DNA from: an uncultured Planctomycetaceae bacterium
Lineage (GTDB): Bacteria; Planctomycetota; Planctomycetia; Planctomycetales; Planctomycetaceae
DNA: 64,000 bases
Reading direction: 5' to 3'
Assembly: GCA_963813715.1 (NCBI GenBank)
Contig: CAWFAK010000002.1
Span: 32,001 to 96,000 of the forward strand
In this document: positions 37,354 through 49,300 of the stretch, one piece after another
How positions within the stretch are numbered: position 1 is the stretch's first letter
Layout of the letters: every line of letters begins with the position of its first letter
Program-made: the position numbers and the translations under genes
Notes under the pieces: model-generated
What the model saw: the letters and a program-made list of their open reading frames with translations, nothing else
What the model was told of the DNA's origin: nothing
Databases searched by the model: none

Positions 37354-38436
37354 TCAAGCCGCCGCTCTCGACTCTGCTTGCAGCAAAGATCGTCCCCGTT
37401 TCCACGGGACGTGCTGCTCGGTGACGGGATCCCAGAGCTTCAACCGCAAGCAGGCGGCGATGTCGCGAGGACGCAGCGAGGTCATCACGGGTGCCTGTAG
37501 TTCTTTGATCGCACTCATCGCCTCTGGGAGCCGATAGAACGGAATCTTCGGATTCAGGTGATGCACATGGTGGTAGCCGATATTTCCGGTGAACCAGCGC
37601 ATCAACAGACCCATCTGAATGTAACTCGATGAATGCAGAGCCGCATCGACATAGTCCCACTCACGACCGGGCTGAAGCCTGGCACCCGGAAAGTTGTGCT
37701 GTGCAAAGAACAGGTACGCGCCGACCGCCGAGCTGATCGCAAACGGAATGATCCCAGCGAACCAGAGGTCTTCGAGCCTACCGGACGCCAGCCACAGGAG
37801 AATTCCCGCGTGACAGACGATCGAGAGAGCGGCGTCCAGATGCCGTTTCGGGTTCACTGCGAGCGGCACCACGCACATCCCAAAAAGGAAAATCGTGACG
37901 TATCCCGACACGATCGTCAGAGGGTGGCGTGCGGCGGCATACCGTAGCCGTTGCCAGACGGAGGACTTCTCGTAGGCCTCGACGGTCACCAAAGGATACG
38001 AGCCGACATTGGCGCCAAAGTTCTTGCAATTGTTGCCATGGTGATGGTCATGTGACCGGTTCCACACACTCGGCGGATTCAGGGTCGCCAGGCCGAACGC
38101 CAGCATGACGGCATCGGCAAACTTCGACCCTTTCAAAATGGCGTTGTGCTGGTGGTCATGGTAGAGGACGAAGAATCTGACGATGGTCAGCCCCGAGATG
38201 ATGCTGAAGAGGAACCGGATCTGCCACGGAATCTCACTACGCAGAATGGCCGTGAGCACGCCGAGCACGCCGATCGTCGACCACAAATGCCACCAGCTTC
38301 GCAACCGCTGTTCGCGGGCATACGGACGAACCGCGAGCGCGACCTGCCGCGAATTTCGCGTCCGGCGCGGCCTTGCTTCCCCGGGAATGCCGGCCATCGC
38401 CGGCACATCGAAAATGGCACTGAGATGAACGGTCAT
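37354..38436 (-). CDS. Membrane fatty acid desaturase
   Basis: Three His boxes HDHQH, HDHHH, HHVHH; NPKIPFYRL. Alternative GTG start at 38523 overlaps the lpxA stop. Confidence 0.92.
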   Translation of the reverse strand: MTVHLSAIFDVPAMAGIPGEARPRRTRNSRQVALAVRPYAREQRLRSWWHLWSTIGVLGVLTAILRSEIPWQIRFLFSIISGLTIVRFFVLYHDHQHNAILKGSKFADAVMLAFGLATLNPPSVWNRSHDHHHGNNCKNFGANVGSYPLVTVEAYEKSSVWQRLRYAAARHPLTIVSGYVTIFLFGMCVVPLAVNPKRHLDAALSIVCHAGILLWLASGRLEDLWFAGIIPFAISSAVGAYLFFAQHNFPGARLQPGREWDYVDAALHSSSYIQMGLLMRWFTGNIGYHHVHHLNPKIPFYRLPEAMSAIKELQAPVMTSLRPRDIAACLRLKLWDPVTEQHVPWKRGRSLLQAESRAAA

Positions 38437-38519
38437 TTGTGGCTTCCGAGACGGAGTCGGAGTCGGTATCGAAAGTGATCGCCTGTTGCCGCTGCGCTTT
38501 GCGAGAAAATCGAGTCGAG

Positions 38520-39314
38520 TCACGCAGCGTGCTTCCTTCGATACGCGTCTCGAGAGAGGCCCCGCTTCGACTTTTCCGAAAGAAAATCCAGCAATCGATG
38601 TCCGGCTTTACTCGAGATGTAACCGGAGAGGTGCTCAACAGCTGCGTGATGAGTCAATCCAGAACGGTAGATCACGCGAAAGGCCGCTTTGATTTCTTGC
38701 CTTTCAAGAGACGTCAAACCGGCCCGCATCAAGCCGGTGCGATTTTCACCGACGACCGCCCCGTCTCGATTGGTCATGAAGAACGGCGGTACGTCCTGAG
38801 CGCCCTTGGCTAAACCGCTCACCAGCGCCAGTTCGCCGATTCGGACGAATTGATGAATGGCGGCATTGCCTGAGATCGTCGCTCCGGGTCCGACGCGCAC
38901 GTGGCCGGCAAGTAACGCTCCGCTGACGAGCGTCACCTCGCGCCCGATTTGGCAGTTGTGTCCAATGTGTGAGTTGGTCATCAGCAAGCAGCTGTCACCG
39001 ATGACAGTTCCCGTACCGGCCGCTGTCCCGCGGTGGATCGTGACGCCCTCTCGGATGGTACAACCCTCACCAACCCGGCAGAAACTTTCCCCGCCATCAA
39101 ACGCACGATCCTGTGGGAGATCGCCGATCACGGCATGCGAATGAATCTGGCATCCCGCACCGATCTCCGTGCTCCCAAGGATCACGGCGGATGCAGCGAG
39201 ACGACACCGCGGCCCGATGCGCACCGGACCGCTGATCACAACGTACGGCCCTACGATCGTCGTGGGATCGACTATCGCCTGCGGGTCGATAATGGCAGTT
39301 GGATGAACGCTCAT
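38520..39314 (-). CDS. lpxA: Acyl-ACP--UDP-GlcNAc O-acyltransferase LpxA (probable paralogue)
   Basis: VHPTAIIDP, hexapeptide repeats, IGDLPQD, IREGVTIHRGT, NSHIGHNC, LAGHV, IHQFVRIG, QDVPPF, N..GLMR. Confidence 0.9.
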   Translation of the reverse strand: MSVHPTAIIDPQAIVDPTTIVGPYVVISGPVRIGPRCRLAASAVILGSTEIGAGCQIHSHAVIGDLPQDRAFDGGESFCRVGEGCTIREGVTIHRGTAAGTGTVIGDSCLLMTNSHIGHNCQIGREVTLVSGALLAGHVRVGPGATISGNAAIHQFVRIGELALVSGLAKGAQDVPPFFMTNRDGAVVGENRTGLMRAGLTSLERQEIKAAFRVIYRSGLTHHAAVEHLSGYISSKAGHRLLDFLSEKSKRGLSRDAYRRKHAA

Positions 39315-40051
39315 TGGCCGGTCCGGAGCCGTCGGCATAATGACATTTGAAGTGAAATCCAAGTACGCGACGAACGATTGAGCGCGGCGAGATCAGGAAG
39401 AAGCGTCTGGATCGCTTGGAGGTGAGGCGGGGATGGTCGGGCAAACGGGAATTGCTGTCAATCTCGCGTTTGGGTCAACGGGCTCCGCGCAGAGACTGAC
39501 CTGAAGAAGGTGAAGTCGTGTGCCCAGCTAGGGATGCGGACGCGTCGCCTGTCTCGGACTTAAGGAACTTTTCACCTTCTTAGTGTTCGGCTTTGCGCTT
39601 CGATGTTGGGACGGTTTTGGCCCAATTGCCAAGACCGCGAATGACGCTGGATCCCCGTGCATTGCGGCTGTAATGCGCGCGCATTGGCTGTCAAGCGGGC
39701 CCATCTTGTCGATCGGTGCGGCTTAGCCGAACCCGAAGGGCCGTTGCTTTGCCGTCCCGCAATCGGAGCGTTTTTCCGCAAAAAACGCCGAGCCAAAGTT
39801 CGTCTCGGACTGCTCGGATATTCGACCTCGCCCACGCTGATCTGTCGAAAGGCGACGCGCCAGGCTCGCAGGTCGGGTGTAAGCACTGTAGTGTGGGACA
39901 GGTCGATCGCGGCCCGAGGATGTCGAACGAGCCGCTGGATGGCCGACCAAGAGTTGGCTGAAAGTTCCCGACGGGCCTGTCTGCTGCTTGAGGGCAAGGT
40001 GTTGAACTGAGCCATGAGCGAGGGTGTCACGATTCAGATAGGCCAACCCGC

Positions 40052-42083
40052 TTGAACAAAAACGGATTTGCACGGTCGTTCCTGACGGTCGCCTCCCTCT
40101 GTTGGCTCCTCCCGATCGGAAACGGGCAAACCGCGTCATTCGCTGCCGAGGCGCCGCAGGGTCGTCCGGCGATCGCCAATTTCGCACTCTCTGACATTCA
40201 CGCCCAGAAATGGTCGCTCGATGCTCAGAAAGACAAGCAGATCGTGGTGGTGGCCTTTGTCGGCACAGAGTGCCCGCTCGCCAAACTCTACGGACCTCGG
40301 TTGGCACGGCTGGCGGCTTCATTCGCCGGCAAGAGCGTGGCCTTCGTGGCGATCGACTCGAACGTGCAAGATTCGCTCGCCGCATTGTCGGCTTACGCGT
40401 GCCATGCGAAGATCGATTTCCCCGTCCTGAGGGACGTCAAGAACGAGGTGGCCGCCCAGTTCGTGGCCGTTCGTAATCCGCAGGTTTTCGTGCTCGACCG
40501 GGACCGCGTGGTCCGATATCACGGCCGGATCGACGACCAGTACGGCGTGGGCTTTGCCAGAACCGAGCCGAAGCGAAACGACCTCAAACAGGCCGTCGAG
40601 GAATTGCTCGCCGGCAAGGCGGTTACGGTCTCCGAGACGCCCACGGTCGGCTGCCTGATCGGCCGCGCTCGCCCGCCGCAGGCTGACGCGCGAGTCACCT
40701 ACTCCAATCAGATCGCGCGGCTCTTGAACAAACGCTGCGTCGAGTGCCATCACGCGGGGGACATCGCCCCGTTTTCACTCACCAGCTACGAAGAGGCGTC
40801 CGGCTGGGCCGAGATGATCGCTGAGGTCGTCGATCAGGGACGCATGCCCCCGTGGCACGCCGATCCGAAGTACGGCAAGTTTTCGGACGTTCGCCGACTG
40901 TCAGACGACGAGCGCAAGCAGATCCACGAATGGGTGGCGGCCGGTGCTCCGCAAGGCGACGCCAAAGACTCGTCGCTGGTTCCGAACTTTTCGTCGACAG
41001 AATGGCATTCGGACCGCCCCCCGGATTTGATCCTGGCAATGAGCGCGACGCCTTTTGTGGTCAAGGCGGAGGGTGTGGTCCGATACCAGCGCTTTCGCGC
41101 TGAGACCGGATTCACGTCGGACAAGTGGGTCGAAATGGCAGAGGTGATGCCGGGCAACCGGGCGGTCGTGCACCACGTCCTGGTCCATTGCCTCTCCGCC
41201 CGCGGCCGCGGTGCCGACGCCCTCGCCGGGCAAGGATTTCTGGCCGCTTACGTTCCCGGACTGCGGCCCGTCGCGTATCCCAAAGGGATGGCCAAGCGGA
41301 TTCCAGCCGGCTCGACGCTAACGTTTCAGATCCACTACGTGCCCAACGGCTCCGCCCAGAACGACATCACGCGACTCGGTCTCTGGTTCGCGAATCCGAA
41401 GAAGCTCACGCACGAGGTCACGACGATTGCCGCGGCCAATCCGCTCTTTGTGATTCCGGCCGGGGACGACAATTTCGCCGTCGAGGCCACGTCCAACAGG
41501 CTTCCAGGCGGCGCTCAGCTCTTGTCCTTCATGCCACACATGCACTTGCGGGGCAAATCGTTCTTCTACGAGGCCATCTTCCCCAATGGCAAGCGAAAGA
41601 CGCTGCTCGATGTGCCGAAATACGACTTCAATTGGCAGACGGCTTACCGCCAAGAGCGGCCGCTGAAACTTCCCCCCGGTACCCGCATTCACGCCATCGC
41701 GCACTACGACAATTCGGAAGAGAATCTCAATAATCCGAACCCGAAAGCCTCCGTGACGTGGGGAGACCAGACCTACGAAGAGATGATGATCGGCTACTTC
41801 GACCTGGCTGTCCCGAAGCACGATCAAGCGGGCGGCGAGCGCGGACTGCATGCGGATCGCGGCAGCCGCGGCGGTCTTTCGTTCAGCAGGTTGAGCGAAG
41901 ACGGGCTGAAGAAGCTGCTGAAACAACTCGACGTGAACAAAGACGGAAAGATTTCTCGCGACGAGGTTCCCGAGTGGCTGCGCGATGCTTTTGACCGAGT
42001 CAGCGGTGGCCAGGACCGCATCTCGCTCGAGGACGCTCAGAAGCGGCTTTGTGCGTCTCAATCGGCAAACGGACGGGTCGTAG
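40052..42083 (+). CDS. Secreted redoxin + CxxCH + copper type II monooxygenase-like + EF-hand protein
   Basis: GTECPL redoxin, YHGRIDDQ, RCVECH, RMPPWHAD, VVHH, QIHY, PHMHLRG, YDFNWQ, EEMMIG, DVNKDGKISRDE. Likely true stop TAG 42081-42083 after a 1-nt indel near 42050 (track ORF runs to 42220). Confidence 0.88.
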
Positions 42084-42107
42084 CGCGCTGCGTTCTCTAT
42101 CCGCCGT

Positions 42108-42482
42108 TCACCGACGGCTGGGCACACCCGTCGTGTCGGGCGCGAGCGGCGTGGCATGCGATGGGTACAAATAGCCGACTGCGGCATCCCCGGCTGGATA
42201 CATCGGCCCGTGGCCGATGATGTACGGGGTGTAGTCACCCACAATCCAGAAGGTGCTGCCGCCCGAGGCCCCCAAGCCGCAGCCACCGGCTCCGCACCCT
42301 CCGTAACCGCCGGCCCCACAACCACCGTATCCGCAGCCGCCGCAACCGCCGTATCCTTGCCCCCCGCACCCACCGGCCGAGCCCCAACCATAATGTCCCC
42401 CGGCAGACGTTTGGCCGGTAGAGGCTCCCAACACCAGAATCGCAGTCAGGCAAACGGTGCTCACCGCGCGGAGAGTTTTCAT
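42108..42482 (-). CDS. Small secreted Gly/Cys-rich protein
   Basis: Signal peptide MKTLRAVSTVCLTAILVLGASTGQTSA then GGCGGQGYGGCGGCGYGGCGAGGYGGCGAGGCG. Confidence 0.7.
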   Translation of the reverse strand: MKTLRAVSTVCLTAILVLGASTGQTSAGGHYGWGSAGGCGGQGYGGCGGCGYGGCGAGGYGGCGAGGCGLGASGGSTFWIVGDYTPYIIGHGPMYPAGDAAVGYLYPSHATPLAPDTTGVPSRR

Positions 42483-43009
42483 GACGGACTTCTTTCAGGA
42501 GTAGCGAGGGGTGTGACTGGTGTGATTGGGACGAATCTGCAGAGAGGAGCCAGGGGAATCGCTCCGACCCCCCCCCCGTGACGTCAATGAGCACCCTAAG
42601 TGTGCGCCGAGAAACAACCACTGTCAAATTTCGAAGACGCGTTTGCGGCATATCGAAGAAGGCCGCAGAGCGGATCTGTCGAGAACGCTGTTGCCCACGA
42701 CTTTGCGGTGTTTTGATTTGCGAGATGAGACTTTGGGAATCACCGGCAGACGTCTTTGTAGACTCATGGCGCCCGCATCGTAGCCGCGCGCTCTGTGCGA
42801 ATGGAGCCACGGAAGGGGCGGCATTCATCGCGCCGTATTGACCGGCTGCTTGGTGCTGCTCGCGCGAAGTTCTTAGCATCAGGCCAAACGGTTTTGTACG
42901 GTAGTTTACAGAACGCAACCGCTCAAGCTGGTAGGAAGTGGGTCGGCGGGCCGTCGACCATGGCAAATTGGAGCTTGGTTCGCTGGTCCATCTCAGCCTG
43001 GAGTCTTCC

Positions 43010-44434
43010 GTGCTGCGAAAAGTTTTGCGTTATCTGACCTACCCAGTGTTGGTGGGCATCATTGTCGCGGCGGTGTGGTACTCGATCGTCAATTTTCCGG
43101 CAGACAAACCACGCGCTTCCGGAGGTGTTTACGGTAACCAGCAGGTGCCCAAGGAAGCTTGGAAGCCTTCCTCGAAATTCGACGCGGAAGCCAATGCGGG
43201 TTTCACTGTCGACACCGCTCAAAAGGACAACGCTCCGTTGGCCGGCAAAAGCGTGGGAGCCGACTGGCCGCAATTCAACGGGCCGCATCGCGACAACAAG
43301 TCGCTGGAAAAAGATTTGTCTCCGCGTTGGCCCAAAGAGGGACCCAAGCTCGCCTGGACGAGTCACGGAATCGGCAACGGTTTTTCGAGCGTCGCGGTCG
43401 TCCAGGGCGTTGTCTACACGATGGGGAATAAAGGGACCAGCGAAACAGTGATCGCGCTCGATGCCGGCACGGGGGAAAAGATCTGGAGCACGCCGGTTTC
43501 ATGGGCCTCGCATCCATCGGCCGGAGACGGCCCGCGGAGTACGCCCAGCGTGGGCCAGGGCTCGGTTTTCGCCCTGGGGGGAAACGGCGATCTGACGTGC
43601 CTCGACGCGAAGTCCGGAACCATCCGCTGGCGACAGAACATCATGAAGGAGTTTGGAGGCGACATTCCGGGTTGGGGGGTCTGCGAGTCGGTCCTCCTCG
43701 ACCAGAACCGGTTGATTTGCACGCCCGGTGGTAGCAAGGCCACTCTCGTTGCGCTCAACCCGGAAAATGGAGAAGTCATTTGGAAGGCGCTTGTGCCGCA
43801 GAAGGATCGCGCCGGCTATGCCTCACCGGTGGTCGCCGAGGTCGGCGGCCTGCGGCAGTACGTGCAGTTCACGAACAGCGGGACGGTCGGCCTGCGGGCC
43901 GACAGCGGCGACTTTTTGTGGCGGGACGACAGCGCGTCGAACGGAACGGCCAATTGCTCGTCTCCCCTGGTGGCCGGGGATTTTGTTTTCACCTCGTCCA
44001 ACTATGGAACGGGTGGCTCCCTTGTGAAGCTGGTCGCAAATCCCTCCGGCGTGAAAGCGGAACGCGTTTATCACACGCAGCGCATGTCGGTTCATCACGG
44101 CGACATGGTGATCGTCAACGGTTTGGTCTTCGGCGCCAGCGATCCCGGAATTCTCACGTGCCTCGATCTGGCGACCGGCAAGGTGAAGTGGGCGAGCCGC
44201 GCGGCCGGAAAAGGTTCGATCACCTACGCGGACGGACGGCTCTATCTCCGCACGGAGCAGGGAACGATGATCCTCGTGGAGGCCACGGGGGACGTCTACC
44301 ACGAACTTGGCCGGTTCGAGCAGCCGAATCGCGCCGCGAGCTCCGCGTGGGCACATCCGGTGGTGGCCGCCGGCCGACTCTTCCTTCGCGACCAGGATCT
44401 GCTCGTCTGCTACGATCTAAAAGGTTCGAAATAG
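43010..44434 (+). CDS. PQQ-binding-like (BamB-type) beta-propeller protein
   Basis: N-term TM, DWPQFNGPHRD, ALDAGTGEKIW repeats, GPRSTP, WAHPVVAAGRLFLRDQDLLVCYDL; GGAG before GTG 43010. Confidence 0.9.
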   Translation: MLRKVLRYLTYPVLVGIIVAAVWYSIVNFPADKPRASGGVYGNQQVPKEAWKPSSKFDAEANAGFTVDTAQKDNAPLAGKSVGADWPQFNGPHRDNKSLEKDLSPRWPKEGPKLAWTSHGIGNGFSSVAVVQGVVYTMGNKGTSETVIALDAGTGEKIWSTPVSWASHPSAGDGPRSTPSVGQGSVFALGGNGDLTCLDAKSGTIRWRQNIMKEFGGDIPGWGVCESVLLDQNRLICTPGGSKATLVALNPENGEVIWKALVPQKDRAGYASPVVAEVGGLRQYVQFTNSGTVGLRADSGDFLWRDDSASNGTANCSSPLVAGDFVFTSSNYGTGGSLVKLVANPSGVKAERVYHTQRMSVHHGDMVIVNGLVFGASDPGILTCLDLATGKVKWASRAAGKGSITYADGRLYLRTEQGTMILVEATGDVYHELGRFEQPNRAASSAWAHPVVAAGRLFLRDQDLLVCYDLKGSK

Positions 44435-44595
44435 CGAGGGGCGCTCTCTGTCGCCGCGTTCGTTGATTGCTTTACGAACCTGCGTTACGCTTTCGCGTGT
44501 TCGGCCTCGAGCGAGATCCCGCACTTCGAGTTGGATCTTCCCGAGATTGCTGACGGCTCGACCGTGCATGCGCCGTCGCGCGGCGTAGAAGCGCC

Positions 44596-47500
44596 TCAGG
44601 GAAGAGTTCTGGCCGGGCGGAAACCGAAATTGTAGCCATGCTCGGACGGTGCGGCGTCGCTGCGGTGTGATGGAATGGAGCAAATCCGGGCGATCGTTGA
44701 ACGCACCGCCGCGCAACACACGGTTTGAATCGGACTTGATCGTTTCGCTCTCGCTGCTGGCTCTTTTGGCATTTCGCTGCCACCGATCCTGACACCACTC
44801 GGCAACGTTCCCGTACATGTCGAACACGCCCAGAGCGTTCGGCCTCAAGCTGCCAATCGGCCAGGTTCGGCTGTGTGAGTTGTCCTGATACCAGCCATAC
44901 CGCTGCAATAATTCCAGCGACTCTCCGAACGAAAAACTGGTGTCGGTATTCGCCCGACAGACGTCTTCCCACTCGGTGTCGGTTGGCAGGCGATACCCCT
45001 TGCGTTGCACAAAGTTCGCTGGCGTTTTCATGCCTGCTGCGTAATCCCCCTTTTCGTTTGGCTCGTAGCACCACTCTTCCTTGGGAATGCCCTCCTGGCG
45101 GCTGAGCCAGTTGCAGTAGGCTGCTGCGGCAAACCATGTGACGGTTGTTGCCGGGCAATCGGGTTCGGGGGCATAGCGTCGAATTTGCACGTAGCTGGCG
45201 GTGAACGTCATGAATTGCGCCACGGTCACTTCGTGGGTCGCTATTGCGAACCGGTAGGCGCTGGCGGCTCTGTTCGGCCGTCGTTTGCCGCCCATCAGAG
45301 AATGTTTGTCGCCCACCAGAGAATCCATCGGGCCATTAACCAGGACGAAGGTCTGGCCTTGTGAGTTGATGAACCAACGCCGGTTTGTTCCGCTGTCTTT
45401 CGCCGCCGTCTTCTCGAACGCTGCCTTCTCGAACGCTGCCTTCCGCAGCTCGGCGTCGAGACGGGTGACCGTGTCGACTGCTTCGTATTGCGCGAGCGTC
45501 CATCCGGCCGCCGAGTGGACGCCGGGGTCAGGATCGTTCCGGTAAAAGGCCGACAACTGATTGACTAACGTCCGCCGCTCCTGCTCGGAGAGCTTGCCTG
45601 CGTCGAATTCACCCAGGGCAAGAATCAAAGCCTGCCGAATCGAAGGATCCGATTCCTGCTCCAGGCGATCGAAGAGAATTCTGTAATCGGCTCCCAAACG
45701 AGCCAGTCGGTCGACAATGAAACTCCGCAGCGACGGATTTTCACTGTACTTAAGCAGCGGCCAGACGCGCTCTTGTTCGCTAAAGCCCAAGAGGCAGACA
45801 GCGGCGTTGGCTTGTTTCTTCCACAACCCGTCTCGGACAGTCGCTTCAGCGCCGGAAGGCGGGGACTGACTCAAGATCTGGCGGCACTCATCGACGCACG
45901 CACTGCGATGCGCACTGAGGGCCTGCAGGAACGGCAGAAACTCCCGGTCGTTATCCGCCAGCAGGATCAGATCCGTGAGCTTCTTCGGCTGGTCTGCCAA
46001 GAAATCGGCGATCGCTAAGGCTGCCAACGGCCGTTCTGCGTCCCGAACGGGTCTGCGATCTCGGTAGCGAGCCTCAAGTGGCTCGACGAGCTGCGTGCCG
46101 ACGGGTCGCAGCATGATGATCCACAGATTGGATTCTGTCGGATCGACCGACACCAGAGCCGTGACGACGTCCGAGCGGACCTTTGGCCATTCCGTATTCT
46201 CCGGGTCATAAGCCGCCAGAGCCGCCGCAGCATGCAGGCGCGCGCTGCTTGTTCCCTTCTTGACCGCCTCCCACAGCCGTTGTTGCACACGGCTTTTATG
46301 CGGCTCCATCAACTTGATGATCACCGGGACTTCCTCGACCTGTACCTGGGCACGAGTAAGTGCTCCGACAGGTAATCGGCTTGCGACGGATCGTACGCAA
46401 GCAGGGCGAGGCTGGCATGCAGCTTCTGCTTGCGGCTGAACTCTTTGCCGTCGACGACGTTCCTCAACAGGGGAACGGCTCGCTGGCGGTAGTTGTCGAC
46501 GTCGCCGACGAGATCAAGGACGTTGGCGGTCTTGACGCCCAAGAGCGTTTGCACCAGGACCCGGGCGTTTCGATCTTGATACCGTGCGTTGACGGCGAAT
46601 CCCACCGCAATCACCGCGACGATCGCCAGGCAAATCAGGCCCGATCGAGTGCCGTGCACGCGCCCGGCCTTGCCCATCATGTTTCGTTCCGACGAGGCCC
46701 ATCTTTTTCTGTCGGTCAGCAAACGGATGTTGAGAAACTCCCAGAGCGACGGCAGATGGCGGTTCTCTCGCTTCTGACTCCACAACGCCGCGCGATCGGC
46801 CAGTCGCAACTCGGCCCGACCCTGCCGAGTCTCCCTTTGCTTGCGAGTGAGCCAGTCCCGCAGCGAATGAACCAAATAGTCGTGAGTGAGTTGGTAATGC
46901 TTCTGGCCAACCTCGATGGCGGCCTTCGTCTCATCGGCCGCTTCAGTTCCCTCTGGGTCGGTTGGGGTGATGAACCGGATTTCACTGTCCAAAATCCGCA
47001 ACAGATCTTCGAACTCCCTGGGATGACTGCCGTAGCCGGACGTTTCCAGGAGTTCCTGATACGAACGCATGTTGCCTTTGATGTCAGTGCCGGATTCAGG
47101 CAACAGGGCCTTGAGCGTCGCGCGAGCCGCTTTCTGGTGCAGACGATGCTCGGGAGATGCGGTCGACGCGCTGAACGTCTCCTCGAGGAACGTGACTCCC
47201 ACGCCTTGGGTGCCGCCGACCTCAACAAGCGTGGAGGGCGTCCACGGCTTGCCCTTCATCATTTCGGCGAAGAGGGCCAGGCGGACGCAAACGATTTTGC
47301 CATCTTCAGCCAGGCCGGTTACGGCCTGCCTTAAGAAGGTGTTGGCCTCGGTTGTCGAGTCACTCTCCTTTTCCGGGAGACGGGCGAAAGCTCGCCCGAA
47401 GGCACGCAAGATCTTCTGCGCGTGATCGACATCGACGAGATCGACCAAGCCGAGGTTACGTCCTTCGACCAAAGGGACTTCCAACTCGCGCATAAACCGG

Positions 47501-49086
47501 CTGACCCCGAGCCAGAAGTCATCGCGGACCATCACGATGCACTGGGCCCGTCCGCCATCACACTGCCGGACCGCCTGGACCAACTCGGTGTTCTCTTCCT
47601 TGCCTTTGCTGTGGAGCCATTGCTCGAACTGGTCCAGGACGATCAGCACCTTCGTGCCGTGGGGAAGGTCTTGTCCGCGTCGCAGCGCCGCCAGCGTTTC
47701 TTTCAGGTCCAGATCGACGGGCAACGCCGGACAGCGTTTGCGTAGTCCGTGCAGCAACCTGGTTTCGGTCTCAAGGGCGGTTGACTCGACGTAGACCGGT
47801 ACGACATGCTCGCCCAGTCGAGGGAGCAGGCCCGCCTTGACCAGCGAGGATTTGCCACACCCCGATGAACCGTAGATCAGGCCGACGCGGAACGTCTCGT
47901 CCGGATCGGTCTGTTCGATCCGGTTCTTCCAGAAGCGGATGCTGTCAGGCAGGCCGTCCCGGTCCCGCGGGCCAGGAAGCAGTTCCAGGAAAAAGTCAGC
48001 ATCCTGTGCATCGAAAGATCGCAACCCTTTGGGCACGATCTTGATCGTCCGGCCGTCGGAGGAGGGGGTTCTCGCGGCCTCGCGGCGTTCAACTGGTGTC
48101 GCTTTGGTCGCTTGCTCGATGGCACCCTGTGGCAGCAGATCGAGAAAGTGCCGCAGATCGTCGGAAAAGTCCTTAGCCGTCGTGTAACGGTCGGTGGCCC
48201 GTTTCGACACGGCCTTCAGGCAAATCCGCTCGAGTTCCTTGGGAATGGAATCGTTGGTCTGCCTGGGGGGCTTTGCCTCTTTGCTGGTGATCAAGAAGAG
48301 GGATGTTGACCTATTCGACGCTCGGAAAGGATTCGCACCCGTGAGCAGTTCGTAGAAGACCACGCCCAGGCTGAAGACGTCGGATCGTCCATCAACAAGA
48401 TGTCCTTCCCCGCGAGCCTGCTCTGGGCTCATGTACGTCGGCGTTCCGACAAGTTCATCCTGTGAGCCTTTGCCAAAGTCCTCGTCGCGAAGGGCGAGCC
48501 CAAAATCAGCGACGTAGGGCTTCGCCTTGTCATCAATCAGGATGTTTTCCGGTTTGATGTCTCGGTGGACTAATCCCTTCGTGTGAGCATAGTGAAGCGC
48601 TTCGGCAACGGTGGCGACAAGTTGCGCCGACTCGGCAGCAGGCAACCGATTGTCCCGGGTTCGGTGCCGCAGATCAGACCCTTCGATAAACTTCGACACG
48701 ACGAAGCACAGGCCGTCCTTTGTCCGCCCCACGTCATGAACGGGAACGATGTTGGGGTGGTCCAGACGAGCGAGAATGCGGGCCTCGGTCAGATACGCCT
48801 CGGCATCCGCAATTCGCTCGGGATGCGGAACCTTGACGGCGACACGACGCTCTAAGTCTTCGTCATAGCCCAGGTACACCGTGGCAAAACCACCGCAGCC
48901 AAGGACTCGCTCAATTCGGTAACGCCCAATCCGGTCGGGAACGGGGACCGCCTCAAAGACCGGGGACGCGCCATCGCTCCGGGGAGGAATCGTGGTGCTC
49001 TGGGCGATCCACGGTTTCGTCAATTCCGGCGGTTGGAACTTCGTCCCAAGAGGCTCGTTCGAAGTGGGATCGCGAGGGGAATCCAT
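44596..49086 (-). CDS. Ser/Thr kinase + P-loop (STAND-like) NTPase + helical repeats + FGE-sulfatase (SUMF1) domain; frameshifts near 46340 and 44665
   Basis: LGCGGFATV, HRDIKPEN, DFGLA, GTPTYMSPE; GSSGCGKSS, IVLDQFEQ, YQLTHDYL; HEVTVAQF, YRLPTDTEWE, DMYGNVAEW, RVLRGG, GFRPART. Confidence 0.88.
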
Positions 49087-49300
49087 TGCGCGCCGGGCCC
49101 GTAAGTGACGCGTCTATCCGACGATTCGGCAGCCACATTCTGGCCCGCCCCAATGGGTCATGCAAGATGCGGAGCTGGGACGGGTGTTTTCCGGAATCAG
49201 GCCGGTAGTGGAGAAGACAGACCAAAAAAGGTCTGTCGCCTTTGGTCCAGGCTTCCAACGGGAGACTCAAAAAATGCCCCAGAATCATTGACCGGTCATC

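Noticed and set aside
42084..42220. Overlap between the redoxin gene C-terminus and the Gly/Cys gene
   Set aside because: Removing one T near 42050 ends the redoxin gene at TAG 42081-42083, which removes the overlap.
42558..42567. Poly-C tract upstream of the Gly/Cys gene as a phase-variation switch
   Set aside because: Homopolymer length is unreliable in this assembly and there is no promoter evidence.
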